DNA of 32,000 bases from Bacillus subtilis subsp. subtilis str. 168. GTDB taxonomy: Bacteria > Bacillota > Bacilli > Bacillales > Bacillaceae. Shown piece by piece: positions 6,721-16,900 of this stretch; the stretch's first letter is position 1; the number at the start of each line of letters is the position of its first letter. The DNA lies in the NCBI RefSeq assembly GCF_000009045.1, contig NC_000964.3, positions 2,460,001 to 2,492,000 on the forward strand. Reading direction: 5' to 3'. The notes beneath the pieces are model-generated. The model searched no databases. It was not told where the DNA came from and saw only the letters and a program-made list of their open reading frames with translations. The position numbers were made by a program, and so were the translations under genes.

Positions 6721-7953
6721 ATGAAGAAATGGAAAGATATCCACCCGATCAGCTGGACAATTATAATCGGAACCATTTTCGGCAGAATGGCAACATCGAT
6801 GAGCATTCCTTTTTTAGCGATTTATTTGACAGCCGTCCAAGGCGCATCAGCTTCCTATGCAGGGCTGGTCATCGCCGCGAGCTCATCAGTCGGCATCCTC
6901 GCAAGCTTTTACGGCGGATATATCTCAGATAAATTCGGCAGAAAAAACATGATGCTTGTATCGATTTTCGGATGGATGCTGGTATTTGCAGGCTTTGCGG
7001 CAGCATCTAATCTCTGGGTGTTTTTTGTAGTAAACGCATTAAACGGTCTTTGCAAATCACTGTTTGAGCCCGCTTCAAAGGCCTTGTTGTCTGATATGAC
7101 AGAAGAAAAAACGAGACTGCTAGTTTTTAATTTACGCTATGCGGCTATTAATATCGGCGTTGTCTTCGGACCTGTGCTTGGCCTATATTTCGGCTCATCG
7201 CAATCGACTACGCCCTTTTTGGTGCCTGCAGTCATTTACGGACTATACGGAATTGTGCTTGCCCTCCAATTTAAAAAACATCCATCCTTATCAGCACCAG
7301 CCCAGTCCCGAAATATGAGCGTGCGGGAAGCGTTTATGGTCACGCAAAAGGATTATCTTTTTACCATTGCTTTGGTCGGCATTACGCTATGCACCTTCGG
7401 CTACTCACAATTCAGTTCCACATTCCCTCAGTATATGGCGCAGAACCCCTTGATCGGCAATGGAACGAAGCTGTATGGGCTGATGCTGACATTAAACGCA
7501 ATCGTTGTGTTGGCGACGCAATTTCCCATTGTCCATTTTGCAAAACGGTTTTCGCCGCTTTGTTCTCTGATGCTCGGTAATGTGATGGTTAGCATCAGCA
7601 TGGCCATTTTCACCGTATCACACGGTGTTCCATCAATTGTGATGATTGTCATCACATTTACAATCGGCGAAGTGCTTTTATTCTCTATGATGGATTTGTA
7701 TGTAGACCAGATTGCAAAACCAGGATTAAAAGGCACTTATTTCGGGGCAATCGGTTTTTCACAGCTCGGAAACGTCATCGGCCCTTGGGTCGGGGGGATA
7801 TGTATAGACCTGTTTGGCGCTGGCCGGCCGATTTATATTTTTTCTGTCCTGAGCGGCATTACCCTGCTCGGCCTGCCATTTTTAGCGTTCGCCTATCGGC
7901 AAATGAAAATGGAGACCACAAAACACCGTTCCCGTCTGGAAAAGCCGCTTTAA
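6721..7953 (+). CDS. yqjV: Major facilitator superfamily transporter (12 predicted TM segments, drug:H+ antiporter-like)
   Basis: 410-aa hydrophobic ORF with SD AGGAGAG at 6704-6710. MFS loop motif DKFGRK after TM2. Confidence 0.9.
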   Translation: MKKWKDIHPISWTIIIGTIFGRMATSMSIPFLAIYLTAVQGASASYAGLVIAASSSVGILASFYGGYISDKFGRKNMMLVSIFGWMLVFAGFAAASNLWVFFVVNALNGLCKSLFEPASKALLSDMTEEKTRLLVFNLRYAAINIGVVFGPVLGLYFGSSQSTTPFLVPAVIYGLYGIVLALQFKKHPSLSAPAQSRNMSVREAFMVTQKDYLFTIALVGITLCTFGYSQFSSTFPQYMAQNPLIGNGTKLYGLMLTLNAIVVLATQFPIVHFAKRFSPLCSLMLGNVMVSISMAIFTVSHGVPSIVMIVITFTIGEVLLFSMMDLYVDQIAKPGLKGTYFGAIGFSQLGNVIGPWVGGICIDLFGAGRPIYIFSVLSGITLLGLPFLAFAYRQMKMETTKHRSRLEKPL

Positions 7954-8003
7954 ATAAAAAACGGAAGAGAATGAATCTCTCCCGCAAACATGAGGTGAAG
8001 AAC

Positions 8004-8162
8004 ATGAATATAGGTGATGTGATGTTTCAGCTGTTTGTATTTATTATATTTGCCGCTGTCGTCTTTGCGGCTGTTACAGGCTTCAAGTATGCGAAAAACC
8101 GAAAAGCGCAGCTGGATCGCATTGAGAAAAAGCTGAACAGCCTGTCCGAAGATCACGATTAA
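8004..8162 (+). CDS. yqjU: Small single-pass membrane protein (52 aa)
   Basis: The track ORF is 7785-8162. I trimmed it to ATG 8004, with SD GAGGTGA at 7992-7998 and 5 nt spacing. ATG 7971 (63 aa) is an alternative with a poor SD. One TM helix is followed by a charged tail. Confidence 0.55.
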   Translation: MNIGDVMFQLFVFIIFAAVVFAAVTGFKYAKNRKAQLDRIEKKLNSLSEDHD

Positions 8163-8545
8163 CAGCTTGGGGCAACGAGCTCTACCTTAATCCGGTCTGG
8201 ATCCTCACAAAAGACTGCATAATGCCCGTCTCCTCCGGCAAAAGGATGCCTGTCTCGGTACAACACACGATAGCCTTTTGCCGTCAATTTTTCAGTCATC
8301 TGATCGACTTGAAGCTTGGATTCAGCATGAAATGCGAGATGGTTCAGACCGACTCGGCATCTATGGTATTCCGGCTCTAGAAATGGCTCTTTCGCCTGCA
8401 CAATCACTAGGTAAAAACGATCTTTCTTCCAGCTGATGCCTGAGCTCCATTTTTGATACTCTTTATAACCAAGTTCTTTTAAGAACCAGCCCCAAAACCG
8501 CCTAGACGCCTCCAAATCAGAGACATACAGTTCAATATGATGCAC
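8159..8545 (-). CDS. yqjT: Glyoxalase/bleomycin-resistance/dioxygenase (VOC) family protein
   Basis: 128-aa ORF with a GTG start. The SD AAGGAGGG lies inside the 3' end of coaA, 3 nt after the coaA stop. Confidence 0.85.
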   Translation of the reverse strand: MHHIELYVSDLEASRRFWGWFLKELGYKEYQKWSSGISWKKDRFYLVIVQAKEPFLEPEYHRCRVGLNHLAFHAESKLQVDQMTEKLTAKGYRVLYRDRHPFAGGDGHYAVFCEDPDRIKVELVAPSC

Positions 8546-8548
8546 ATT

Positions 8549-9508
8549 TCATACCCTCCTTACCAACACTTCCTCGACCTTATGCCCGTCTCCCTTACGC
8601 AAAATGAGATCTGACCTGAATTTAGTTGGCAAAATATTTTCATATAAATTCGGCCGGTTGACACTCTCCCAAATCGAGGCTGCCATCTCGTCAGCCTCCT
8701 GATCGGACAAGTCTTTAAATTTATGAAAATATGAATCAGGATTTTGAAAAGCTGTTTCCCGAAGCAGGCGAAAACGCTCTAAATACCAAGTGAAAATCCG
8801 GCTTTCCTCCGCATCCACATAAATCGAAAAATCAAAGAAATCGGAAACAAAAATACGCGGGTTTTCCCGGTCATCCTCCAAGGTGGGCGACTGAAGAACA
8901 TTAATGCCTTCAATAATCACAATATCCGCCTGTTCTACAACCTCGAACACACCTTCCTCGCGGTCATAGGTTAGATGGGAATACACCGGGGCCTTTACGC
9001 TGTCCTTTCCTGATTTTAAGTCATTCAAAAATTCGAGCAGCGCCTTTACATCATAGCTTTCAGGAAATCCTTTTCTTGACATCATATTTTTCTTTTTCAG
9101 CTCGGCAGTAGGAAATAAAAAACCATCTGTCGTGATAAGGCTCACTTTTGGACGGTCAGGCAAACGCGAAAGCAGCTTCTGCAAGATCCGCGCCGTCGTG
9201 CTTTTTCCGACTGCGACACTGCCGGCAATGCCGATAATAAACGGAATTTTGGCTGAATGTGGGTGCTTCAAAAAAACATTGACATGCTTATTGCGTTCAG
9301 CCGCAGACTTGACATGTAAATGAAGCAAGCGAACAAGCGGAATATAGATCGTCTCCACTTCTTCAACAGATAGATAATCATTCAATCCTTCCACAGCTTT
9401 TGCCTCTTCTTCAGATACAGCAATCGACAAATGCCCCCCAAAACCAGACCAAGACTCCCGATTGTGCTGTGTATATAAAGTATGTAGGTTAAGTTCTTTA
9501 TTTTTCAC
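8549..9508 (-). CDS. coaA: Type I pantothenate kinase
   Basis: 319 aa with a GTG start and SD AGGTG. P-loop GIAGSVAVGKST and overall PanK-I architecture. Confidence 0.95.
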   Translation of the reverse strand: MKNKELNLHTLYTQHNRESWSGFGGHLSIAVSEEEAKAVEGLNDYLSVEEVETIYIPLVRLLHLHVKSAAERNKHVNVFLKHPHSAKIPFIIGIAGSVAVGKSTTARILQKLLSRLPDRPKVSLITTDGFLFPTAELKKKNMMSRKGFPESYDVKALLEFLNDLKSGKDSVKAPVYSHLTYDREEGVFEVVEQADIVIIEGINVLQSPTLEDDRENPRIFVSDFFDFSIYVDAEESRIFTWYLERFRLLRETAFQNPDSYFHKFKDLSDQEADEMAASIWESVNRPNLYENILPTKFRSDLILRKGDGHKVEEVLVRRV

Positions 9509-9579
9509 TGTTTACACCTGACTCTCTGTAGGTTAAAACCCTTACAAAGATTGTAACGGAAAACCTTTTCACTGTCTGC

Positions 9580-10926
9580 TTATTTTTCATTTCGTTTTTT
9601 TAGCAAATCAGCACCGATTCGGTTATACGCAGCCATTTCATCTTTTGGAACCATGCTTCCTCCCGTTCCCCAGACGACATGTACGGCATGTTCCATCTTA
9701 TATTTCTGAGCATAGCGCCTTCCCTCTTCTGTCGAAAAAAGCTGAACCGGCCCGAACATGCCAGCAAGAGCAGAGGGCTCTAAATATTTATCTTCAGATA
9801 CAGCCAGCATATGAAGCAAAGTATAAAGCGTATTGTCCTCTACCGTATAACAGCCGCTCAGAAGCGGTTCAATCAGCTTGCCGACAAATCCTGACGGCCT
9901 CCCTACGGCAAGTCCGTCAGCAGCCGTCTGATTATCCAGGCCGATATCCTGGACGGAGATCTTCTCGTGAAGTCCTGAATAAAGCCCTAACAGCATACAA
10001 GGTGAATGAGTTGGTTCTGCGAAAAACACATGAACATCATCTCCGTATAAAAGCTTCAGCCCAAATGCTACACCGCCCGGTCCTCCGCCGACTCCGCACG
10101 GCAGATACACAAACAAGGGCGTCTCAAGACTTGGCTTTATATTCATACAGTCAAGCTGTGTTTTTAATCGGCTTGCAGCAACAGCATATCCTAAGAACAG
10201 CTGACGAGAATGTTCATCATCAATAAAATAACAGAATGGATCTTGTTCCGCCTGCCGTCTCCCTTCGTTCACCGCTTCACTGTAATCTGTTTCGTACTCC
10301 ATAACAGTGACTCCCTTTTGGCGGAGGAGATCCTTTTTCCACTGCTTAGCATCGGCGGACATATGCACTGTCACGCGAAACCCGAGTGCCGCGCCGATGA
10401 TGCCGATGCTTAAACCTAGATTTCCTGTCGAACCGACAGCAATCGAATAGCGGGAGAAAAACCCGGTAAACCGCTCTTCCTGTAAGATGCGGTAATCATC
10501 GGTTTCCTGAAGCATTCCTTCTTGAAGCGCGAGATTTTCAGCATACTTTAACACTTCATAAATCCCGCCCCTCGCTTTAATCGATCCTGAAATCGGAAGC
10601 TCATGGTCGCACTTTAAAAGCCATCTTCCGGGAAATGGCTGCTGATATGCCGCTTCCAGCTTTCCCTTCATATGCTGCACCTCAAAAAGCGGAGACTCGA
10701 TGATTCCTTTAGCGCCTTTCGTCTCAGGAAACACCTCGGCAATGTAAGGTGCAAACCGCTGCATTCTTTTTTCCGCTTCCGCTATCTCGGTTGCCCACTC
10801 ATCTGCACGGGGTAATGGCCCCTCTTTCTTGCCTGAATTTGCCCAGAATACAGGCTCTGCATCAATCAGTTTCTGAATAAACGGATCTTTAAGCAGAGCA
10901 TGAAGGACTTCTGAATGAACTGACAT
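9580..10926 (-). CDS. dsdA: D-serine ammonia-lyase (D-serine dehydratase), PLP-dependent
   Basis: 448 aa. PLP-lysine motif SGSIKARGG and the Gly-rich loop CGVGGGPGG typical of DsdA. Confidence 0.95.
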   Translation of the reverse strand: MSVHSEVLHALLKDPFIQKLIDAEPVFWANSGKKEGPLPRADEWATEIAEAEKRMQRFAPYIAEVFPETKGAKGIIESPLFEVQHMKGKLEAAYQQPFPGRWLLKCDHELPISGSIKARGGIYEVLKYAENLALQEGMLQETDDYRILQEERFTGFFSRYSIAVGSTGNLGLSIGIIGAALGFRVTVHMSADAKQWKKDLLRQKGVTVMEYETDYSEAVNEGRRQAEQDPFCYFIDDEHSRQLFLGYAVAASRLKTQLDCMNIKPSLETPLFVYLPCGVGGGPGGVAFGLKLLYGDDVHVFFAEPTHSPCMLLGLYSGLHEKISVQDIGLDNQTAADGLAVGRPSGFVGKLIEPLLSGCYTVEDNTLYTLLHMLAVSEDKYLEPSALAGMFGPVQLFSTEEGRRYAQKYKMEHAVHVVWGTGGSMVPKDEMAAYNRIGADLLKKRNEK

Positions 10927-10950
10927 TCAACAATCTCTCCCTTCCACTAT

Positions 10951-10995
10951 CAAAAACTGCCCCGTGAGAAACAAGCCACTCCACCACAGGCAGTT
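10951..10995 (-). terminator. Probable intrinsic terminator downstream of yqjQ
   Basis: In minus-strand RNA, AACUGCC...GGCAGUU closes an imperfect long hairpin and is followed by UUUUUG. Confidence 0.5.
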
Positions 10996-11001
10996 CTATC
11001 A

Positions 11002-11781
11002 TTATTTTTTCATGAGCGCGCGTCCTGCCAGCTTTTCTACAAGAGCTGGAAACAGCTGATACAGCTTAGTGCCGGCATTCATTAAACGCGGAAGATTGAT
11101 CTCCCGCTTTTTCGTAAAAATTGCAGCTGTAATTTGAGCTGCCACGTCATCAGGATCAAGCATCCAGCGGCCGACATTTTTGGCGTAGTCCCCGCCTTTA
11201 TCAGCAATGGAAAAAAAGTCCGTCTGAATCGGGCCCGGGTTGACTGTTGTCACATAAATGCCGGTTCCCGAAAGCTCCATCCGCAAAGCGTTTGAGTAAC
11301 CTAACACGGCATGTTTGGTCGCGGAATACAGGCTAGACTTCGGTGTGGCGATTTTCCCCGCTTGAGAGGCGATATTGATGATATGTCCCTTTTTTTGCTC
11401 AAGCATTTGCGGAAGCACCGCTTTTGTACAGGCGATCAGGCCGAAGACATTCACATCAAACATCGCTTTCATGTCATCCAATGTAGAGTCTAAAACCGTT
11501 TCAAATATACCGAAGCCTGCATTGTTAATCAGTACATCAATCGAGCCGATCTGATCGCGGACCCGGGCGATATCCTCTAGGCGGCCGACATCCAGAGGAA
11601 AAATCTCACACTGTCCGCTCCATTCCTCGGTTATTTTCCTTTTGATTTCTATCAAACGATCCTCGCGTCTAGCCGACAGCAGGACATGGGCTCCTTCAGC
11701 CGCGCATAAGTATGCGATTCTTTCTCCAAGCCCTCCTGAAGCGCCGGTTATCCAAATCCTTTTTCCCGCTATATGTTTCAC
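11002..11781 (-). CDS. yqjQ: Short-chain dehydrogenase/reductase (SDR)
   Basis: The track ORF starts at 11790. I moved the start to GTG 11781 (259 aa) because the SD AAGAGGTGA overlaps the yqjP stop and the 11790 codon itself. Motifs TGASGGLG and YSATK. Confidence 0.85.
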
Positions 11782-11786
11782 CCATT

Positions 11787-12746
11787 TCACCTCTTCATTG
11801 TTTTAAAGTATACGGTATTTCCTTCCCAATATGACGTGATGGCTTCTTCAGCCTCCAACACATCAAGGTGACCTGCCGTTTCTGACATCGTTAAAAACAA
11901 TTCCTTTTCATATACAGCAGGAAAAAGCTGCTGACAGACCTGAAAAGCGGTCATCGGCTTTTCATCCAGCATGCGACGCACATCCTCCGTCCTGTTCCTC
12001 TGCTTGTCAAAACGCTTCTCAATCAGCGCTTGTACACTGGTGATAGGCTCGCCGTGACCAGGAAATACGATTGTTGGATCAAGTTGAGACAGCCTTCGCA
12101 ATGACCGCTGATAATCCACTAAAGGCTTTGACCTGACGTCTCCCGCTTTCGGCGCTTCCAAAATCGGATTAGACGAGCTGTTTGCCAGCAGTAGATCGCC
12201 GCCAAGCATCCTTCCGCTTTTTTCATGGAACAGAACAATATGCGATTCAGCATGTCCAGGCATCTCCAACACAGACCAGCCCTCAAGCCCATCTATGCCC
12301 ATACCTTCTCTGATTGATTTTGTCAGAGATCTCGTACAGGAAAATGCGTACGCTGATCGAATCAGCTTTTCCGCCTTCCCCGTATCAAATGGAACGCCTA
12401 ATTCAGGCAGCAGCTTTTGAAAAAAACGTTTTTGCCAATCCATAAAGGCTTGATTTTGGCTGATATAAGGTTCGTTGAATGTATGCCCAATCACTTCGAT
12501 TTCATCTGAAAAGACATCAAGCAAGCCTGCATGATCAGCATGATGGTGAGTCAGTACAACCTGCTCGATATCTGACAATTTCACATTTACAGCGGCAAGC
12601 TGCTCTTGTAAGGCTCTGGCAGCCTCTTTTGTATTCGGCCCGGCATCGATAAGTGTCAGCGCATCACCTTTTACGAGGTAAACGATAACATCGCCGACAG
12701 CAAACGGTGTCGGGACGCGGATCGCAATTACATCTTCAGTTGTCAT
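11787..12746 (-). CDS. yqjP: Metallo-beta-lactamase-fold hydrolase
   Basis: The track ORF reaches 12767. I trimmed it to ATG 12746 (319 aa), with SD AAGGAG (12754-12759) at 7 nt spacing. Motif HHHADHAG. Confidence 0.85.
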   Translation of the reverse strand: MTTEDVIAIRVPTPFAVGDVIVYLVKGDALTLIDAGPNTKEAARALQEQLAAVNVKLSDIEQVVLTHHHADHAGLLDVFSDEIEVIGHTFNEPYISQNQAFMDWQKRFFQKLLPELGVPFDTGKAEKLIRSAYAFSCTRSLTKSIREGMGIDGLEGWSVLEMPGHAESHIVLFHEKSGRMLGGDLLLANSSSNPILEAPKAGDVRSKPLVDYQRSLRRLSQLDPTIVFPGHGEPITSVQALIEKRFDKQRNRTEDVRRMLDEKPMTAFQVCQQLFPAVYEKELFLTMSETAGHLDVLEAEEAITSYWEGNTVYFKTMKR

Positions 12747-12778
12747 CCTTTCGCTCCTTGTCTTCATTCATTATTCAT

Positions 12779-12807
12779 ATTTTAGCTTTTTCTCGGTCTT
12801 GTGTCAT
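12779..12807 (-). promoter_or_regulatory. Candidate sigma-A promoter for yqjP-yqjQ
   Basis: On the minus strand: ATGACA (12807-12802), 17 nt spacer, TAAAAT (12784-12779). Confidence 0.4.
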
Positions 12808-12844
12808 TATTGCAGAATGAGAACAAACCTTTTTGAAAAAGCTA

Positions 12845-12874
12845 TTGACATTAGCTTGTCCGCCATTGCATAAT
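12845..12874 (+). promoter_or_regulatory. Sigma-A promoter of the proI leader
   Basis: TTGACA (12845-12850), 18 nt spacer, CATAAT (12869-12874), with TG at 12867-12868 (extended -10). Confidence 0.6.
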
Positions 12875-12880
12875 GAACAA

Positions 12881-13127
12881 CAAACTAAAACGAGAACCAT
12901 TGGAACGCTATGACGAGGAATAGTATACAAGGCAATGGCCTAAGAGAGCGATACCCCCGGCTGAAAGGTGTTGCGGCCCGCTTGTTTGTAGAACCTGCCC
13001 TCAAGTCGCGGTTAGGAAAACCTAAACGTTTCCCGCGTTACGGGGATTTGAGCTGAGCACAATTTGTGCTAATGAGGGTGGTACCGCGAACCTTTTCGTC
13101 CTTTACGTGATGAAAAGGTTTTTTGTT
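12881..13127 (+). promoter_or_regulatory. T-box riboswitch leader (proline specifier CCU) with terminator/antiterminator
   Basis: AG-bay AGAGAG at 12943-12948. Specifier context GAA-CCU-G with CCT at 12994-12996. Conserved T-box AATGAGGGTGGTACCGCG at 13071-13088, with the UGGU acceptor-pairing bases at 13079-13082. Terminator AACCTTTTC (13089-13097) pairs with GAAAAGGTT (13112-13120), followed by TTTTT. Confidence 0.85.
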
Positions 13128-13150
13128 GTTCTAATAGAAGGAGGATATCA

Positions 13151-13987
13151 ATGAAAAAGATAGGATTTGTCGGCGCCGGGTCAATGGCAGAAGCAATGAT
13201 CAACGGCATTTTGCAAAGCGGCATCACAAAACCAGAACATATCTATATTACAAATCGCTCAAATGACGAGCGTCTGATTGAATTAAAGGAAACGTACAGC
13301 GTGCGTCCATGCAGAGATAAAAATGAGTTTTTCACTCACACCGATATCATTATCCTCGCTTTCAAACCGAAAGACGCGGCGGAAAGCATCGACAGCATCC
13401 GGCCGTATATCAAGGACCAGCTTGTCATTTCAGTACTTGCAGGCCTTACCATCGAAACCATTCAGCATTATTTTGGCAGAAAGCTCGCGGTCATTCGCGT
13501 CATGCCTAATACATCAGCGGCAATCAGAAAATCAGCAACCGGATTTTCCGTAAGCACGGAAGCAAGCAAGAATGATATTATTGCCGCAAAAGCTCTATTG
13601 GAAACAATCGGTGATGCAACACTGGTTGAGGAGCGGCATCTTGACGCTGTCACTGCAATCGCAGGCAGCGGCCCGGCCTATGTGTATCGTTATATTGAGG
13701 CGATGGAAAAAGCAGCACAAAAAGTAGGATTAGATAAAGAAACGGCAAAAGCACTCATTTTGCAGACAATGGCAGGGGCAACAGATATGCTCCTCCAAAG
13801 CGGCAAACAGCCGGAAAAGCTGCGTAAAGAAATCACCAGTCCTGGGGGCACTACAGAGGCAGGTCTTCGCGCTTTACAGGACTCCCGCTTTGAAGAAGCA
13901 ATTATTCACTGTATTGAAGAAACAGCTAAACGGAGCGCAGAAATCAAAGAACAGTTTGCCGGTGCCGCCTTAGAGAGACATTCTTAG
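13151..13987 (+). CDS. proI: Pyrroline-5-carboxylate reductase
   Basis: 278 aa with SD GAAGGAGG. NADP fingerprint GFVGAGSMAEA and the C-terminal SPGGTTEAG motif of P5CR. Confidence 0.95.
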   Translation: MKKIGFVGAGSMAEAMINGILQSGITKPEHIYITNRSNDERLIELKETYSVRPCRDKNEFFTHTDIIILAFKPKDAAESIDSIRPYIKDQLVISVLAGLTIETIQHYFGRKLAVIRVMPNTSAAIRKSATGFSVSTEASKNDIIAAKALLETIGDATLVEERHLDAVTAIAGSGPAYVYRYIEAMEKAAQKVGLDKETAKALILQTMAGATDMLLQSGKQPEKLRKEITSPGGTTEAGLRALQDSRFEEAIIHCIEETAKRSAEIKEQFAGAALERHS

Positions 13988-13997
13988 ATGTAAGGAC

Positions 13998-14029
13998 AAA
14001 AACAGAAGGCACAGTGCCTTCTGTTTTTT
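13998..14029. terminator. Bidirectional intrinsic terminator between proI and yqjN
   Basis: AAAAACAGAAGGCA pairs with TGCCTTCTGTTTTT, a perfect 13-14 bp stem. It overlaps the yqjN stop codon. Confidence 0.85.
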
Positions 14030-15671
14030 ATTTTTCCCGCAGCAGCTGGCCGGCAGATTCTGATTGCTTTAATAGCGCGGAGATCGTAAATGAAAGCAAA
14101 TCGGGAAGCACTTCAAAGGAATAAGGCATATACAATCTTTCCGTCCATTTATGCGGGTCTTTACCAGCCGGACCGACATTTAAAACTGGGACATATAAAG
14201 CCTGATTTTTACCGCTTGGCAATGAATACCCTCTGTTAAAGAGCGGCATATTGCTTGTGTATGCATCAACCTCCTGTTTTTCCAGCTGAAGATAACTCAA
14301 GTCCGAAAGTCCGGGGAAGTACTGAACCTCCCGTAATGCAATGCCGTATCGCTCAGCCGCATAATGCTTTATCTGATCTGCTGTATTTCTGATCAATTGA
14401 TCATCCTTTGAAGAAACAGCTGGATAAAGCGGCGGACTATAAAACAGAACGATGAGCGGCGCATCCTCCTTACAAAGCGAAGCAAGCTCAGAAACAATTT
14501 TCGTCGAAAAATCCCTGTCTCCAAGCTCCCCCCTGTTAGCAAAGGCATAATTTAGAGCCCGCTCTGTTTCCGAGATCCCCGCACGCTTTTTTGCACGCGA
14601 GACCAGCTCATCAAATGTCAAAACAGTGACGTCCCGCTCAATCGGCTGAAATGGCTCAAATTGTTGAAAATCCTGTGTTTTCTTCCGAACGTTCGACATG
14701 ATTTCCTCCGCCGCCTGTTCTGCTGTTTTAAGCAGCATCTGATGCAGCTCACTAGCTGAGCGTTTCATTGACAGCACATTAAATAATGTGACGGCTGTAT
14801 GCGGTGTCTGGACTGAATATGCCTCTTTCAAGTCCTTTTGCATTAAGTTTACCGGCGGCGGAGTGACCTCGCCATCAACCTTTTCGCAATAATCAGCATT
14901 CAGTTCAAGCAAACGGTTAATCTCAGATACCATTAAATTTGCGTTTAGACCTGAAAACGGCTCTCCAACATGTGTCTCAATCCCCTTGCAGAAAAAACCC
15001 GCAAGCACCTTGCCAATGCTTCCTGTATAAAAATATTGCTGCTGATCGCCGGGAAATTTTTCAAACATCGGTTCGGCATTCAGGCAAGCGGTTAATGTGA
15101 TATCATGCTTTTTCTCCATCTCCTTCAATGCAGGAACCGCTTCAATCATGCCTCTTGAATTCACTTCCTCGTCCGGAACCGTTATCAACAGCAGATTGCC
15201 CTCAAAATGCCCGTTCATTGCCCTCTCCAGCATCGACAGTTGAATACAAAGCCCCGCTTTCATATCCATCGTCCCTCTTCCGAACAGCCAGTCTCCGCTT
15301 TCGGCATCTCTTCTCACACGTTCCGGGAGCAGCTCTTTTTTCTCTAAAAAGGAGCTCAAAAGCTCAGCAGGCTTGCAAGCCATATGTTTAAATTCGCCGT
15401 AATCTTCTATGTCAACGACATCAAAATGACTCAGCAGAAGCACTGTCTTTTTGACATTCTTCTTTTTGACTAGAGCCGTAAGAAAAGATCTGCCATCGTC
15501 CATCGGATGAAGTGTTACATCATCAGGGTGCTTTTGAAAATAGGGCTTGTCCTTCAAAATAAAATAAAGATACTCTGCAAGCGCTACCTCGCCCTTTGAA
15601 CCGGTGATGCTTTCGTATTGCACAAGAGAAGTTAAAAGTGCCAGCAATTCGTCCTTCGTCTGCCAATTCAT
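14028..15671 (-). CDS. yqjN: M20-family metallopeptidase/amidohydrolase (RocB-like)
   Basis: The track ORF reaches 15767. I trimmed it to ATG 15671 (547 aa), with SD AGGAGGGG at 15681-15688. Motifs SHFDVV and GRGTMDMK. Confidence 0.85.
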   Translation of the reverse strand: MNWQTKDELLALLTSLVQYESITGSKGEVALAEYLYFILKDKPYFQKHPDDVTLHPMDDGRSFLTALVKKKNVKKTVLLLSHFDVVDIEDYGEFKHMACKPAELLSSFLEKKELLPERVRRDAESGDWLFGRGTMDMKAGLCIQLSMLERAMNGHFEGNLLLITVPDEEVNSRGMIEAVPALKEMEKKHDITLTACLNAEPMFEKFPGDQQQYFYTGSIGKVLAGFFCKGIETHVGEPFSGLNANLMVSEINRLLELNADYCEKVDGEVTPPPVNLMQKDLKEAYSVQTPHTAVTLFNVLSMKRSASELHQMLLKTAEQAAEEIMSNVRKKTQDFQQFEPFQPIERDVTVLTFDELVSRAKKRAGISETERALNYAFANRGELGDRDFSTKIVSELASLCKEDAPLIVLFYSPPLYPAVSSKDDQLIRNTADQIKHYAAERYGIALREVQYFPGLSDLSYLQLEKQEVDAYTSNMPLFNRGYSLPSGKNQALYVPVLNVGPAGKDPHKWTERLYMPYSFEVLPDLLSFTISALLKQSESAGQLLREK

Positions 15672-15780
15672 TGATTCCGCCCCTCCTATGAATAAAAATG
15701 CTTCTATACTGAAAAATAAACTGATTTCTCGTCTATTATACAGAAATGTTTGACAAAAGCGGTTCATTTGAGCAGTTTAT

Positions 15781-15809
15781 ATGACGGGAAAGAAATGACT
15801 TGATATAAT
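15781..15809 (+). promoter_or_regulatory. Candidate sigma-A promoter for namA
   Basis: ATGACG (15781-15786), 17 nt spacer, TATAAT (15804-15809), preceded by TG (extended -10). Confidence 0.45.
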
Positions 15810-15842
15810 CAATCTCTAAAAACCTTACGGGAGGCGAAAGAA

Positions 15843-16859
15843 ATGGCCAGAAAATTATTTACACCTATTACAATTAAAGATATGACGTTAAAAAACCGCA
15901 TTGTCATGTCGCCAATGTGCATGTATTCTTCTCATGAAAAGGACGGAAAATTAACACCGTTCCACATGGCACATTACATATCGCGCGCAATCGGCCAGGT
16001 CGGACTGATTATTGTAGAGGCGTCAGCGGTTAACCCTCAAGGACGAATCACTGACCAAGACTTAGGCATTTGGAGCGACGAGCATATTGAAGGCTTTGCA
16101 AAACTGACTGAGCAGGTCAAAGAACAAGGTTCAAAAATCGGCATTCAGCTTGCCCATGCCGGACGTAAAGCTGAGCTTGAAGGAGATATCTTCGCTCCAT
16201 CGGCGATTGCGTTTGACGAACAATCAGCAACACCTGTAGAAATGTCAGCAGAAAAAGTAAAAGAAACGGTCCAGGAGTTCAAGCAAGCGGCTGCCCGCGC
16301 AAAAGAAGCCGGCTTTGATGTGATTGAAATTCATGCGGCGCACGGATATTTAATTCATGAATTTTTGTCTCCGCTTTCCAACCATCGAACAGATGAATAT
16401 GGCGGCTCACCTGAAAACCGCTATCGTTTCTTGAGAGAGATCATTGATGAAGTCAAACAAGTATGGGACGGTCCTTTATTTGTCCGTGTATCTGCTTCTG
16501 ACTACACTGATAAAGGCTTAGACATTGCCGATCACATCGGTTTTGCAAAATGGATGAAGGAGCAGGGTGTTGACTTAATTGACTGCAGCTCAGGCGCCCT
16601 TGTTCACGCAGACATTAACGTATTCCCTGGCTATCAGGTCAGCTTCGCTGAGAAAATCCGTGAACAGGCGGACATGGCTACTGGTGCCGTCGGCATGATT
16701 ACAGACGGTTCAATGGCTGAAGAAATTCTGCAAAACGGACGTGCCGACCTCATCTTTATCGGCAGAGAGCTTTTGCGGGATCCATTTTTTGCAAGAACTG
16801 CTGCGAAACAGCTCAATACAGAGATTCCGGCCCCTGTTCAATACGAAAGAGGCTGGTAA
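15843..16859 (+). CDS. namA: NADPH dehydrogenase, Old Yellow Enzyme family (FMN oxidoreductase)
   Basis: 338 aa with SD GGGAGG. OYE signatures SPMCMY, HAAHGYL and RTDEYGGS. Confidence 0.95.
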
Positions 16860-16866
16860 TGCCCAT

Positions 16867-16900
16867 AAGAGATATCCTGTAGAGGATATCTCTTTTTTTA
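16867..16900 (+). terminator. Intrinsic terminator of namA
   Basis: AAGAGATATCCT (16867-16878) pairs with AGGATATCTCTT (16883-16894), followed by TTTTT. Confidence 0.85.

Noticed and set aside
9645-10226. 193-aa ORF antisense to dsdA. The ORFs at 10210-10413 and 9132-9323 are similar.
   Set aside because: They lie opposite highly conserved enzyme genes, lack translation signals and have Arg/Ser-rich antisense-type composition.
14028-15767. The 579-aa version of yqjN. The same reasoning applies to the long versions of polY1 (to 23555), yqjD (to 28366), yqjB (to 29513), yqjA (to 30533), yqkE (to 625) and yqjU (from 7785).
   Set aside because: In each case a strong SD precedes an internal start, and the extension lacks one or overlaps a neighbouring gene or promoter.
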